DNA from: Candidatus Poribacteria bacterium
Lineage (GTDB): Bacteria; Poribacteria; WGA-4E; WGA-3G
Reading direction: 5' to 3'
NCBI GenBank assembly: GCA_965237835.1
Contig: OZ250160.1
Coordinates: 18,371 to 82,370 of the forward strand
Length of the DNA: 64,000 bases
Under the pieces are notes generated by a model. The model saw only the letters and a list, made by a program, of their open reading frames with translations, searched no databases and was not told where the DNA came from. Every line of letters begins with the position of its first letter. Position 1 is the stretch's first letter. Positions 47,735 to 55,611 of this stretch are shown piece by piece. The position numbers and the translations under genes were made by a program.

Positions 47735-48430
47735 ATGAAAGTTTTGTTTTTTATAACCCTCGTTATCGGTTTGGTAATGCCTTGCACTCTTTGGGCGAAA
47801 AACCTGGCACTGGAATTAGATGGTGAAGGGAATTAACTAACAATCCCACTGCTTTAGCTGTGGGTCAAAAAACGCTTGACATTTGCACCGAAATAGTATA
47901 TACTATATGTGGCATCGTTGGACAGGGTTATCACCTCAACACTTACCTGTGTTGAGTCTTGTCCCCATCCGTGATAAGGTGTGTGGTGCTGGTGCGAAAT
48001 CACTCAAAACATTAGAATGTGGTAGAGAACACCTAATATATGTTGTTACTACAACATCCCTGCCACATTCACTAATAACTCGACTGGGGACACTGGGAGA
48101 GTCTAAACGCTTGTGGAGTCCGTGTTAGACTCAACTACGGAGCAGTGGATGCAGAAGCAGGAACAAGGCATTCAGAAACATTAAGGACTGATATAAGACC
48201 TAAGAATCCCACTCCTTTAGGTGTGGGAGATGTCAACCGAACCTAAACGCACACTACACTTTCGATGAAGGCAACGCCAAGGATAATACCAAAAACGGAA
48301 ACGATGGCAAAGATGGGTTGGAAAGTCGAATTATGTTGATGTCACAAAAGACCTAAACCTTGAGCCACTTTCTGTAGACCCGGAAGATAAGCTGACGACA
48401 ACGTGGGCATGGGTGAAACGGACCCGATAA
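47735..48430 (+). pseudogene. Disrupted secreted LamG-type protein with KLTTTW tail
   Basis: RBS plus MKVLFFITLV...ALELDGE before the element; PNLNAHYTFDEG...SVDPEDKLTTTWAWVKRTR after it, with an additional frameshift. Confidence 0.7.
47828..48236 (+). mobile_element. Non-autonomous IS200/IS605 (TnpB-type) element, copy 2, 409 bp
   Basis: Near-identical inverted copy of 35410-35818; follows GTGAA; internal TTGACA-17-TATACT at 47876-47904. Confidence 0.87.
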
Positions 48431-48439
48431 TTGGTTTCG

Positions 48440-48660
48440 GTTCTGAACCCTACGCCTATTGGTTAGCAAAGGCTGGCTATGAGGTCCACCTCATGGATCC
48501 TGTGGATTTACATACTGAACAGGCAAAAGAAGCCTCAAATCAACAGCCAGAACACCCGATTGTCAGCATATCACTTGGTGACGCGCGGGCACCCCGCTTT
48601 TCAACAATGTCTGCGGATGCTGTTCTGTTATTAGGACCGCCCTATCATCTCGATGTTGGA
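48440..48660 (+). pseudogene. Class I SAM-dependent methyltransferase fragment
   Basis: YAYWLA..GYEVHL.D, GDAR, DAVLLLGP.YHL; both termini missing. Confidence 0.6.
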
Positions 48661-48697
48661 TGTGCAGAAGGTTTAAGTGCAGTTAAGGTGATTAATA

Positions 48698-49525
48698 ATG
48701 TCTGAAGGTCAAGTAGTTGACAAAACGGAAACACCTGCCACAGTTGAATCGCTACAAGCTGATTTTAAAACACTCGGTATTGAAAAAGGAATGGTCTTGT
48801 TAGTCCACTCGTCCTTGAGCGGGATGGGATGGGTATGCGGCGGTGCTGTTGCTGTCATCATCGCGCTTCAAAAGGCTTTAGGTAAGACTGGCACGCTTGT
48901 GATGCCAACTCACTCAACAGATCTAAGTGATCCGAGTCAATGGGAAAATCCATCTGTCCCCGAATCGTGGTGGCAAACAATACGGCAGACAATGCCTCCT
49001 TACGATCCCGATTTAACCCCTACCCGTTCAATGGGCAGAATTGCAGAAACATTCCGAAAACAAAACGGAGTTCTCCGCAGCGCACACCCTCAAAGTTCGT
49101 TTTGTGCGTCCGGGCCTCAAGCATCATATATCATAGAAAATCATTCGTTAGCATTTGGGATGGGTGAGCACTCACCACTTGCCCGAATCTACGATTTGCA
49201 CGGCTTTGTTTTGTTACTTGGTGTAGGACATTCACGCAATACGTCCATACACCTTGCAGAATACAGGACAGACTTTCCAACCAAGCGCGTTGTACAGGAG
49301 GGTGCTCCGATCTTACAGGCGGGTTCAAGGATATGGAGTACCTTTAAAGATATTGATGTAGACTCTTCGGATTTCGATCGCATCGGTGCAGACTTTCTGC
49401 GTTCTGATGTGGGAAAGGTAGTTCAGCGAGGCACGGTCGGCCTGGCAAATTGCCAACTCATGCCACAGCGCGCTGTTGTAGACTTCGCTGTTGATTGGCT
49501 TGAGGAGAATAGAGCAATAACTTAA
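48698..49525 (+). CDS. AAC(3)/YokD family N-acetyltransferase
   Basis: LVHSSLS..GWV.GG, GTLVMPT, RS.HP..SF, LLLGVG...NTS.HLAE. Confidence 0.9.
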   Translation: MSEGQVVDKTETPATVESLQADFKTLGIEKGMVLLVHSSLSGMGWVCGGAVAVIIALQKALGKTGTLVMPTHSTDLSDPSQWENPSVPESWWQTIRQTMPPYDPDLTPTRSMGRIAETFRKQNGVLRSAHPQSSFCASGPQASYIIENHSLAFGMGEHSPLARIYDLHGFVLLLGVGHSRNTSIHLAEYRTDFPTKRVVQEGAPILQAGSRIWSTFKDIDVDSSDFDRIGADFLRSDVGKVVQRGTVGLANCQLMPQRAVVDFAVDWLEENRAIT

Positions 49526-49566
49526 AGACAATACCTGATATAAGGTGATCCGATAGCAACTTACTA

Positions 49567-49656
49567 ATACCCAATTAACCCGATTTGTAGCGCGAGGTCC
49601 CCGTGCCTCACAATGTTGACTTCATCCGAAGACGTCGAATCCCGTTAATTTGGTAT
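49567..49656. mobile_element. Family-A MITE
   Basis: Canonical TIRs and REP core. Confidence 0.85.
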
Positions 49657-49795
49657 AACTCCACAACAAACTTAAAACTTGACATTCTTTTTGTTCTTGG
49701 TAAAATGAACTGCATAGTAGTTTAGACTACAAGGTTGTTGTTTTTCATATCCTGTCTGTTCTCAACGAAGATTCTGAAGGAACAAAATTAAACCG

Positions 49796-50806
49796 ATGAA
49801 TTTTCACCAAATGCGAAACATAGATCTAAGAAAAGAACTCAAAAAGCAAGGATTGAAAGGGTACTCGTCTTTAAAGAAAGCCCAATTGATTGAGTATCTT
49901 TCAACAGGAACCCATCCACTGAAAAAAACACAAGTACCACCTGCTATTGTGGAAAGTGAAATACACGATTCTTCTGAAGGTATTGGATATTCACCGACTA
50001 TTTTTTCGGGAACAACCGATAAACTGCCGGTCAATCAAATTGTATCTGGCGACTGCCTAAACGTCCTTCCTTCTTTTCCTGATGGAGTCTTTGATTGTTG
50101 CATCACTGATCCGCCGTTTAATATGTCCAAAAAGAAAGGATTGGGGTGGGCATTTAGTTCCCATGTTACAATGCAAGAACAATGGGATATTTATGCAAAA
50201 GATGATTATTTCCAGTTCACGGTTGATTGGATTAGAGAAGTCCTTAGAACCCTAAAAACGAACGGGAATCTATTCATTTTTGGTTCTTTTCACTGTATAT
50301 TTACAATTGGTTTCATTCTTCAAAATTTGTTTAATAGACGAATTATATCTCAAATTGTATGGTATAAGCCGAATGCCCAACCTAATATCACTTGTCGAAT
50401 GTTTACTGAGTCAACCGAATTTATTATTTGGGCAGTCAACAATGAAAGTAAAAAAGCCAAAAATTGGACTTTCAATTATGAAACAATGAAGGCGATGAAC
50501 AGTGGTAAGCAGATGCGAAATATGTGGGAAATTCCACTTACAAAGCCATCAGAGAAGACGTATGGAAAACATCCTTCTCAGAAACCTGTAGCAGTCATCA
50601 ATCGTCTTATTTTAGCTGGAACTAATGAAGACGATCTGATTCTTGATCCGTTCTCTGGATCAGGAACGACAGCAGTTGTTGCTGAACAACAAAACAGGAG
50701 ATGGATAATGATTGAGAAAGACGAAACATATAACCAAATTGCGAAGTTACGTATTGATGAGTTGTCAAACAGACTACTTGAGGACAACCCAAAAAACAAT
50801 TGGTGA
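49796..50806 (+). CDS. Beta-class N4/N6 DNA methyltransferase with N-terminal Rho-N-like helical domain
   Basis: DPPF precedes HPSQKP and DPFSGSGTT; N-terminus LRKELKKQGLKGYSSLKKAQLI. Confidence 0.9.
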   Translation: MNFHQMRNIDLRKELKKQGLKGYSSLKKAQLIEYLSTGTHPLKKTQVPPAIVESEIHDSSEGIGYSPTIFSGTTDKLPVNQIVSGDCLNVLPSFPDGVFDCCITDPPFNMSKKKGLGWAFSSHVTMQEQWDIYAKDDYFQFTVDWIREVLRTLKTNGNLFIFGSFHCIFTIGFILQNLFNRRIISQIVWYKPNAQPNITCRMFTESTEFIIWAVNNESKKAKNWTFNYETMKAMNSGKQMRNMWEIPLTKPSEKTYGKHPSQKPVAVINRLILAGTNEDDLILDPFSGSGTTAVVAEQQNRRWIMIEKDETYNQIAKLRIDELSNRLLEDNPKNNW

Positions 50807-50818
50807 CAAGGAATAGCC

Positions 50819-51448
50819 ATGGAAAGACAAGAAGCAATTCAGAAATTATCTACTATTGAAGGGCAAGACCTTCTTGAACTTGCTAGTAAGTATGGAGTGC
50901 CTGTATTTAAAGAAGGTGGAGGTAAACATAAAGGTTGGGCAGGCCATATTCTCGAAAAACATCTAGGTTTACCAATTAATTCGTCTCAATCACCCAATGC
51001 TGGATCATGGGAGTTAAAGTTGATATCGCTAAAATACCTAAAAAGTGGGAAGTTAACTTTTAAAGAGACAATGGCAGTAACAATGTTTAAGCCCGATGAT
51101 GTTTCAAAGACTATATTTGAAGAAAGTCATTTACTCTCCAAATTACGACGAATGGTTGTAGGAGCAAGGATTTGGGAGAGTAAACAAGAGATTAAATCTA
51201 TTTTTTATGAGGCTAGGACTTTTGATTTAAATGATCCAGAAGTTTACAATCAGGTTAAAGCAGATTATGACTTAGTTAGAGAAACAATTGGCACAAAAGG
51301 ATTTACCGCACTTACTGGTAGAATGGGTGTATACATTCAACCGAGAACTAAGGGTCCTGGTCATGGAAGCATATCAAGAGCGTTTTATGCAAGGAAATCA
51401 TTCCTGAAATTGATCTTTCCTGAGATATATTACAAAATGCAAAATTGA
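50819..51448 (+). CDS. MutH/Sau3AI family endonuclease (probable type II REase)
   Basis: KGWAG..LE..LG, WELK, DYDL.R, Y.QPRTKG, RAFY; 12 nt downstream of the MTase. Confidence 0.8.
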   Translation: MERQEAIQKLSTIEGQDLLELASKYGVPVFKEGGGKHKGWAGHILEKHLGLPINSSQSPNAGSWELKLISLKYLKSGKLTFKETMAVTMFKPDDVSKTIFEESHLLSKLRRMVVGARIWESKQEIKSIFYEARTFDLNDPEVYNQVKADYDLVRETIGTKGFTALTGRMGVYIQPRTKGPGHGSISRAFYARKSFLKLIFPEIYYKMQN

Positions 51449-51560
51449 TTTCATTCAATAACTCTTGGAAAAACTGTTGTAACCCTTATTTTTAAGTGTT
51501 ATGCCGCCTTTTTTGTAGGAACTGTCGAAAATCAGATATGGTATAAATGGAGAAAACCAG

Positions 51561-52613
51561 ATGGAGGAATTAAAAGAGTTGTGCATCTCAAACGATGCCA
51601 TGAACGAACCGGAAGAGTTACGTATTCAGATGGCGGAAGCGGGGTACCTCTTTTTCAAGAGACTGCAAAACCCTGACAAACTCTGGGCATTGCGGCGAGA
51701 GATGCTAACAATCATGCAAGAAGGTGGTTGGCTCATTGCCGGAACGGATCCTATGGATGGCATCGCAGATATCTCCACACAGTGTACCGAAGGAGATGCG
51801 GAGTACACGGATGTATACCATAAGGTCTATAAGTTAGAAACGTTCCACCGTTCCGGACATTGGTCCGAAGTCGTTGATATGGTGGAGAAGATCATCGGCA
51901 GAAAGGTACTACCACATCCTCAGAAGATTGCCCGCCTTTGGTATCCGAAGTATACAGCGCATACAACACCGATCCACCAAGACTTCGTCCACTTTCAAGG
52001 TAATTTCCAGACTTACACTTGTTGGGCACCCGTTGGCGATTGCCCTATTGAATTGGGAGGCTTAGCAGTTCTATCCGGTTCGCACAAAGTCAACAAAGTT
52101 ATGGAACACCATTTTTCGCTTGGTGCTGGCGGTCTGTGTGTTAATGCGGACGAGTTGTCGGGTGAATGGCATACCACGAACTATGAAATCGGTGATACGC
52201 TAATTTTTCATGCCTTGACTATCCACAAAGCACTGCCAAATTTAACTGAGGATCGACTTCGCGTGTCGCTTGACAACCGCTATCAGGCAGTTGATGACCC
52301 AATTGCAGAACACATGCTTGAGCCACATCTGAACATATTCAATTCACTTCAATGGGACGATGTCTATCATAATTGGGAATCTGATGAACTGAAGTATTAT
52401 TGGAAAAACCTTGACCTTACTGTTATTCCGAGAGATTTTAGTTATGGAGAAAAAGGCTTTGCTGAGGCGTTAGAACTGGCGAAGGAAGGTGATGATCGCG
52501 CTGTGCTGCACTTGAACCGAGTCATCAAAAGAGATCCTACAACCGATTTAGCGAAGGAAGCAGCTGCGGTTCTGCAGGAAGTGAACGTTGATATTTCAGT
52601 TAATTATCCCTAA
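51561..52613 (+). CDS. Phytanoyl-CoA dioxygenase (PhyH) family protein
   Basis: HQD...GSH...GD...FH..T.H...N...R.S.D.RY. Confidence 0.9.
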   Translation: MEELKELCISNDAMNEPEELRIQMAEAGYLFFKRLQNPDKLWALRREMLTIMQEGGWLIAGTDPMDGIADISTQCTEGDAEYTDVYHKVYKLETFHRSGHWSEVVDMVEKIIGRKVLPHPQKIARLWYPKYTAHTTPIHQDFVHFQGNFQTYTCWAPVGDCPIELGGLAVLSGSHKVNKVMEHHFSLGAGGLCVNADELSGEWHTTNYEIGDTLIFHALTIHKALPNLTEDRLRVSLDNRYQAVDDPIAEHMLEPHLNIFNSLQWDDVYHNWESDELKYYWKNLDLTVIPRDFSYGEKGFAEALELAKEGDDRAVLHLNRVIKRDPTTDLAKEAAAVLQEVNVDISVNYP

Positions 52614-52988
52614 ATCACGACTTGTGCTAGTTAACTAATTGTTTTGTTTATTTTTACAGGTATTGGATTCTGTGCTATAAACATATCGTCCCTACGGGAC
52701 TGAAGAGTGTATCCAACCTATAAAGATTGGACGTTTGTATAGGAGCACGGACAAAACACACCGTCTATGTGAATAATATTTTACAAAAAGCTATCTAGCA
52801 CAACTCGTATATTTTAGATTTTGCTATAAAACATTAACGATTGTAATAAAATACACCAGAAAAATCGAAAACTAAATCACCCCGCCCCTGTAGAAAATAA
52901 TATTTGACAAAAAAACACAAATGTTGTACACTGAATTACAATTCCATACATATAGTGGAGAAAACAATCTAATAAGAGAAGGAGAAAA

Positions 52989-53822
52989 ATGAAAAAAAAT
53001 TATACTATCGCAATTGCAATTGCAATTGCTGTTTTCGTGATGTTTATGAGCGGATCCTACTCCGTTATGGCACAAACAATTAACATTGACGGTGGTCCTT
53101 TGGCTGAAGCAGAACTCTTAGTTAATCCGGCAGGGGCAGCACAAACCGGTGATGTGCATGAAGATGCGACCTGGATTACCAAATGGTATGGTCCGGATGG
53201 TAATTATGAAAACAATGGTGGAACCGGTGTTTCAGCTCCTATTGACCTGGTGTCTAAAGGCACAGGTGGTGAGATTACAGATGTATCACTTTCCACAATG
53301 ATCGGATTGAACAAGACACGGAACGCTGCTGTTGAGTGGGATGCTGCCAACGGTGGCACGCGAGTTTGGACGGTCTTTGAAATTAATCCGGCAGATGGGA
53401 ACAATATGAACAGAGGGGGGCCTATTGATAATCTTGATATCTATGCTGTTATCGTTATTGATTCCCCGAAGGCAATGACTTCCGTGATGTCACCCGCGCA
53501 CGATGATCACGCGCAGATCTGGATTAACGGTGAAAAATGGTATAACAATTCTGCGTGGACTGGTGCAGCAAAAAAAGTTCAATTCAACATTGAAGTCCAG
53601 TTGCAAAAAGGTGCTAACGTACTTCTCTATCGTTGTAGTGAAGGCGGCGGCTCAGCATACTTCAACTTGCACTTTGATGACGAAACCCACAATACAGCTA
53701 AAATCTATCCCGACAAGGCGACAGATCAAGCTACTTTCTTTGACGAAATCCAGGGAATTTTGCCTGTTGAACCACTTGAAAAGTTAACTACAACATGGGC
53801 AGATATTAAGCGGACTCGTTAA
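52989..53822 (+). CDS. Secreted hypothetical protein with KLTTTWADIK tail
   Basis: Signal peptide, HDD..QIWING beta-sandwich motif; TTGACA-17-TACACT at 52904-52932. Confidence 0.8.
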   Translation: MKKNYTIAIAIAIAVFVMFMSGSYSVMAQTINIDGGPLAEAELLVNPAGAAQTGDVHEDATWITKWYGPDGNYENNGGTGVSAPIDLVSKGTGGEITDVSLSTMIGLNKTRNAAVEWDAANGGTRVWTVFEINPADGNNMNRGGPIDNLDIYAVIVIDSPKAMTSVMSPAHDDHAQIWINGEKWYNNSAWTGAAKKVQFNIEVQLQKGANVLLYRCSEGGGSAYFNLHFDDETHNTAKIYPDKATDQATFFDEIQGILPVEPLEKLTTTWADIKRTR

Positions 53823-53876
53823 CGGAATTCGTATTTTACGATTACAAGTTAGTCTGAAAGTAATCGTATTTCTATT

Positions 53877-53986
53877 CAGAGGTATTCAATTGTTACAAGA
53901 GACTCTTGTAAGATGGTTTATAACCCCTTACTGCTTGGTTTTTAGAGGATGTTTCTCATCTGAAAACTTTAGACTGAATGGTTCTG
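53877..53986. mobile_element. Degenerate family-B MITE
   Basis: CAGAGGTATTCAATTGT...ACTGAATGGTTCTG with imperfect 10-bp flanking repeats. Confidence 0.5.
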
Positions 53987-54149
53987 TTTTTCTGTTTATT
54001 TTATATTGACAAATTTTTGCCAATATATTACAGTAGATGTTGTAATGTTGAACGATGTTCAACGTTTATAACCTAATATAAGAATATTGGTAGTTGAATC
54101 TTAGTTTAACCCAGTTCAAAACAATCTAATCTATAGAGAAGGAGAGAAA

Positions 54150-54971
54150 ATGAAAAGATTTAATGCTTTCGTAATCGCTATTGTTTTCGGTCTAGTTGTC
54201 AGCGGTTCCCACCTCGTTATGGCACAAACAATTGACATCACTGGTGGTCCTTTGACTGAAGAAGAACTCTTAGTTAATCCGGCAGGGGCAGCACAAACCG
54301 GTGATGTGCATGAAGATGCGGCCTGGATTACCAAATGGTATGGTCCGGATGGTAATTATGAAAACAATGGTGGAACCGGTACTTCAGCTCCTATTGACCT
54401 TATGGCTGTAGGTACCCGTGATATGATTACCGATGCCTCGCTTTCAACTTTGGAAGGATTATTATTGACTACAGAAGTTGATGTTGAATGGGGAGATGAT
54501 CATGGTGGCACGCGAGCTTGGACGGTCTTTGAAATTGATCCCGCAGATGGAAACAATATGAACAGAGGGGGGCCTATTGACAATCTTGATACCTATGCTG
54601 TCATCGTTATTGATTCGCCATCAGATATGACCTCCGTGATATCCCCTGCACACGATGACTACGCGCAGATCTGGATTAACGGTGAAAAATGGTATAACAA
54701 TTCTGCGTGGACTGGCGGCGCAACAAAAGTTCAATTCAACGTTGAAGTCCAGTTGCAAAAAGGTGCTAACGTACTTCTCTATCGTTGTGGAGAAGGCGGC
54801 GGCTCAGCATACTTCAACTTGCACTTTGATGACGCAACAAATGAAGCTGCAACAATCTATCCCAAAGATGCAACTGATCAACAGAGTTTCTTAAATGAAA
54901 TTGCACCTTTAACAGCTGTTGAGGCTACAAGAAAATTGACAACTACTTGGGCAGACATCAAACGGAAATAG
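54150..54971 (+). CDS. Secreted hypothetical protein, tandem paralog of 52989-53822
   Basis: Long nucleotide-identical blocks and the same tail. Confidence 0.8.
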   Translation: MKRFNAFVIAIVFGLVVSGSHLVMAQTIDITGGPLTEEELLVNPAGAAQTGDVHEDAAWITKWYGPDGNYENNGGTGTSAPIDLMAVGTRDMITDASLSTLEGLLLTTEVDVEWGDDHGGTRAWTVFEIDPADGNNMNRGGPIDNLDTYAVIVIDSPSDMTSVISPAHDDYAQIWINGEKWYNNSAWTGGATKVQFNVEVQLQKGANVLLYRCGEGGGSAYFNLHFDDATNEAATIYPKDATDQQSFLNEIAPLTAVEATRKLTTTWADIKRK

Positions 54972-55272
54972 ATTCTTGTAATTATTGTTGGGCGCGCTTT
55001 TAGCGCGCCTTTTTCTTTTATAACGTGTGTTCGAAAGTAGAAGGCGCGGCCCGCGTGCCGTAACCAAGTTAAAAGAGGCGCAATGAATTGCGCGATTACA
55101 AACAAGTGCTTTATAAATGAAGATACATCTGAAATGTGCCCTGCTTGTGATACTACCCAAAACAATTATGAAACACCCTCATTTAAATATATGTTCATTG
55201 AAAACTTGGTCTTGTATCTCGTTTACGGTGACCAAGATGCGAAGAAGACTGTTAACCAACTGCTTGTTAAGT

Positions 55273-55364
55273 TATACCAAATTAACGCGATTTGTAGCGC
55301 GAGGTCTCCGTGCCTCGCAACCGTGTACTATATCAAAAGACTTCTAATTCCGTTAATTTGGTAT
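55273..55364. mobile_element. Family-A MITE
   Basis: TATACCAAATTAAC...GTTAATTTGGTATA. Confidence 0.85.
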
Positions 55365-55595
55365 AAGAAGGACGTGGATAAAAGCTTTCACAGCACCATC
55401 AACTATCGCCACGAAAGCTGTTTCGGACTCAAGTTCTCCCTGCTTTTTGTCCTCTTTACCGGTGAAAACACCGCTTATAGCATCAGCGAATTCCTCCTCC
55501 TGTACGGGGTAGCAATGCGGAACGTCGGCGATCAGACGATTATAAAATTGTGTTACGGTTGTTAACATGTCAGGGGTATATTGGACTATTTCCAT
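55353..55595 (-). pseudogene. 5' fragment of a GNAT paralog truncated at the MITE
   Basis: MEIVQYT...PHCYPV.EEE...AFIHV aligns to 32099-33019; the stop lies within the MITE TIR. Confidence 0.8.
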
Positions 55596-55611
55596 CTGTT
55601 TCTTCTACTCA

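Noticed and set aside
48698-49525. Acquired aminoglycoside resistance gene
   Set aside because: It is a family-level match only; YokD-like chromosomal homologs are common and the substrate cannot be inferred.
55083-55565. 160-aa plus-strand ORF with CxxC
   Set aside because: It starts in a REP, crosses a MITE and runs antisense to the GNAT fragment; probably spurious.
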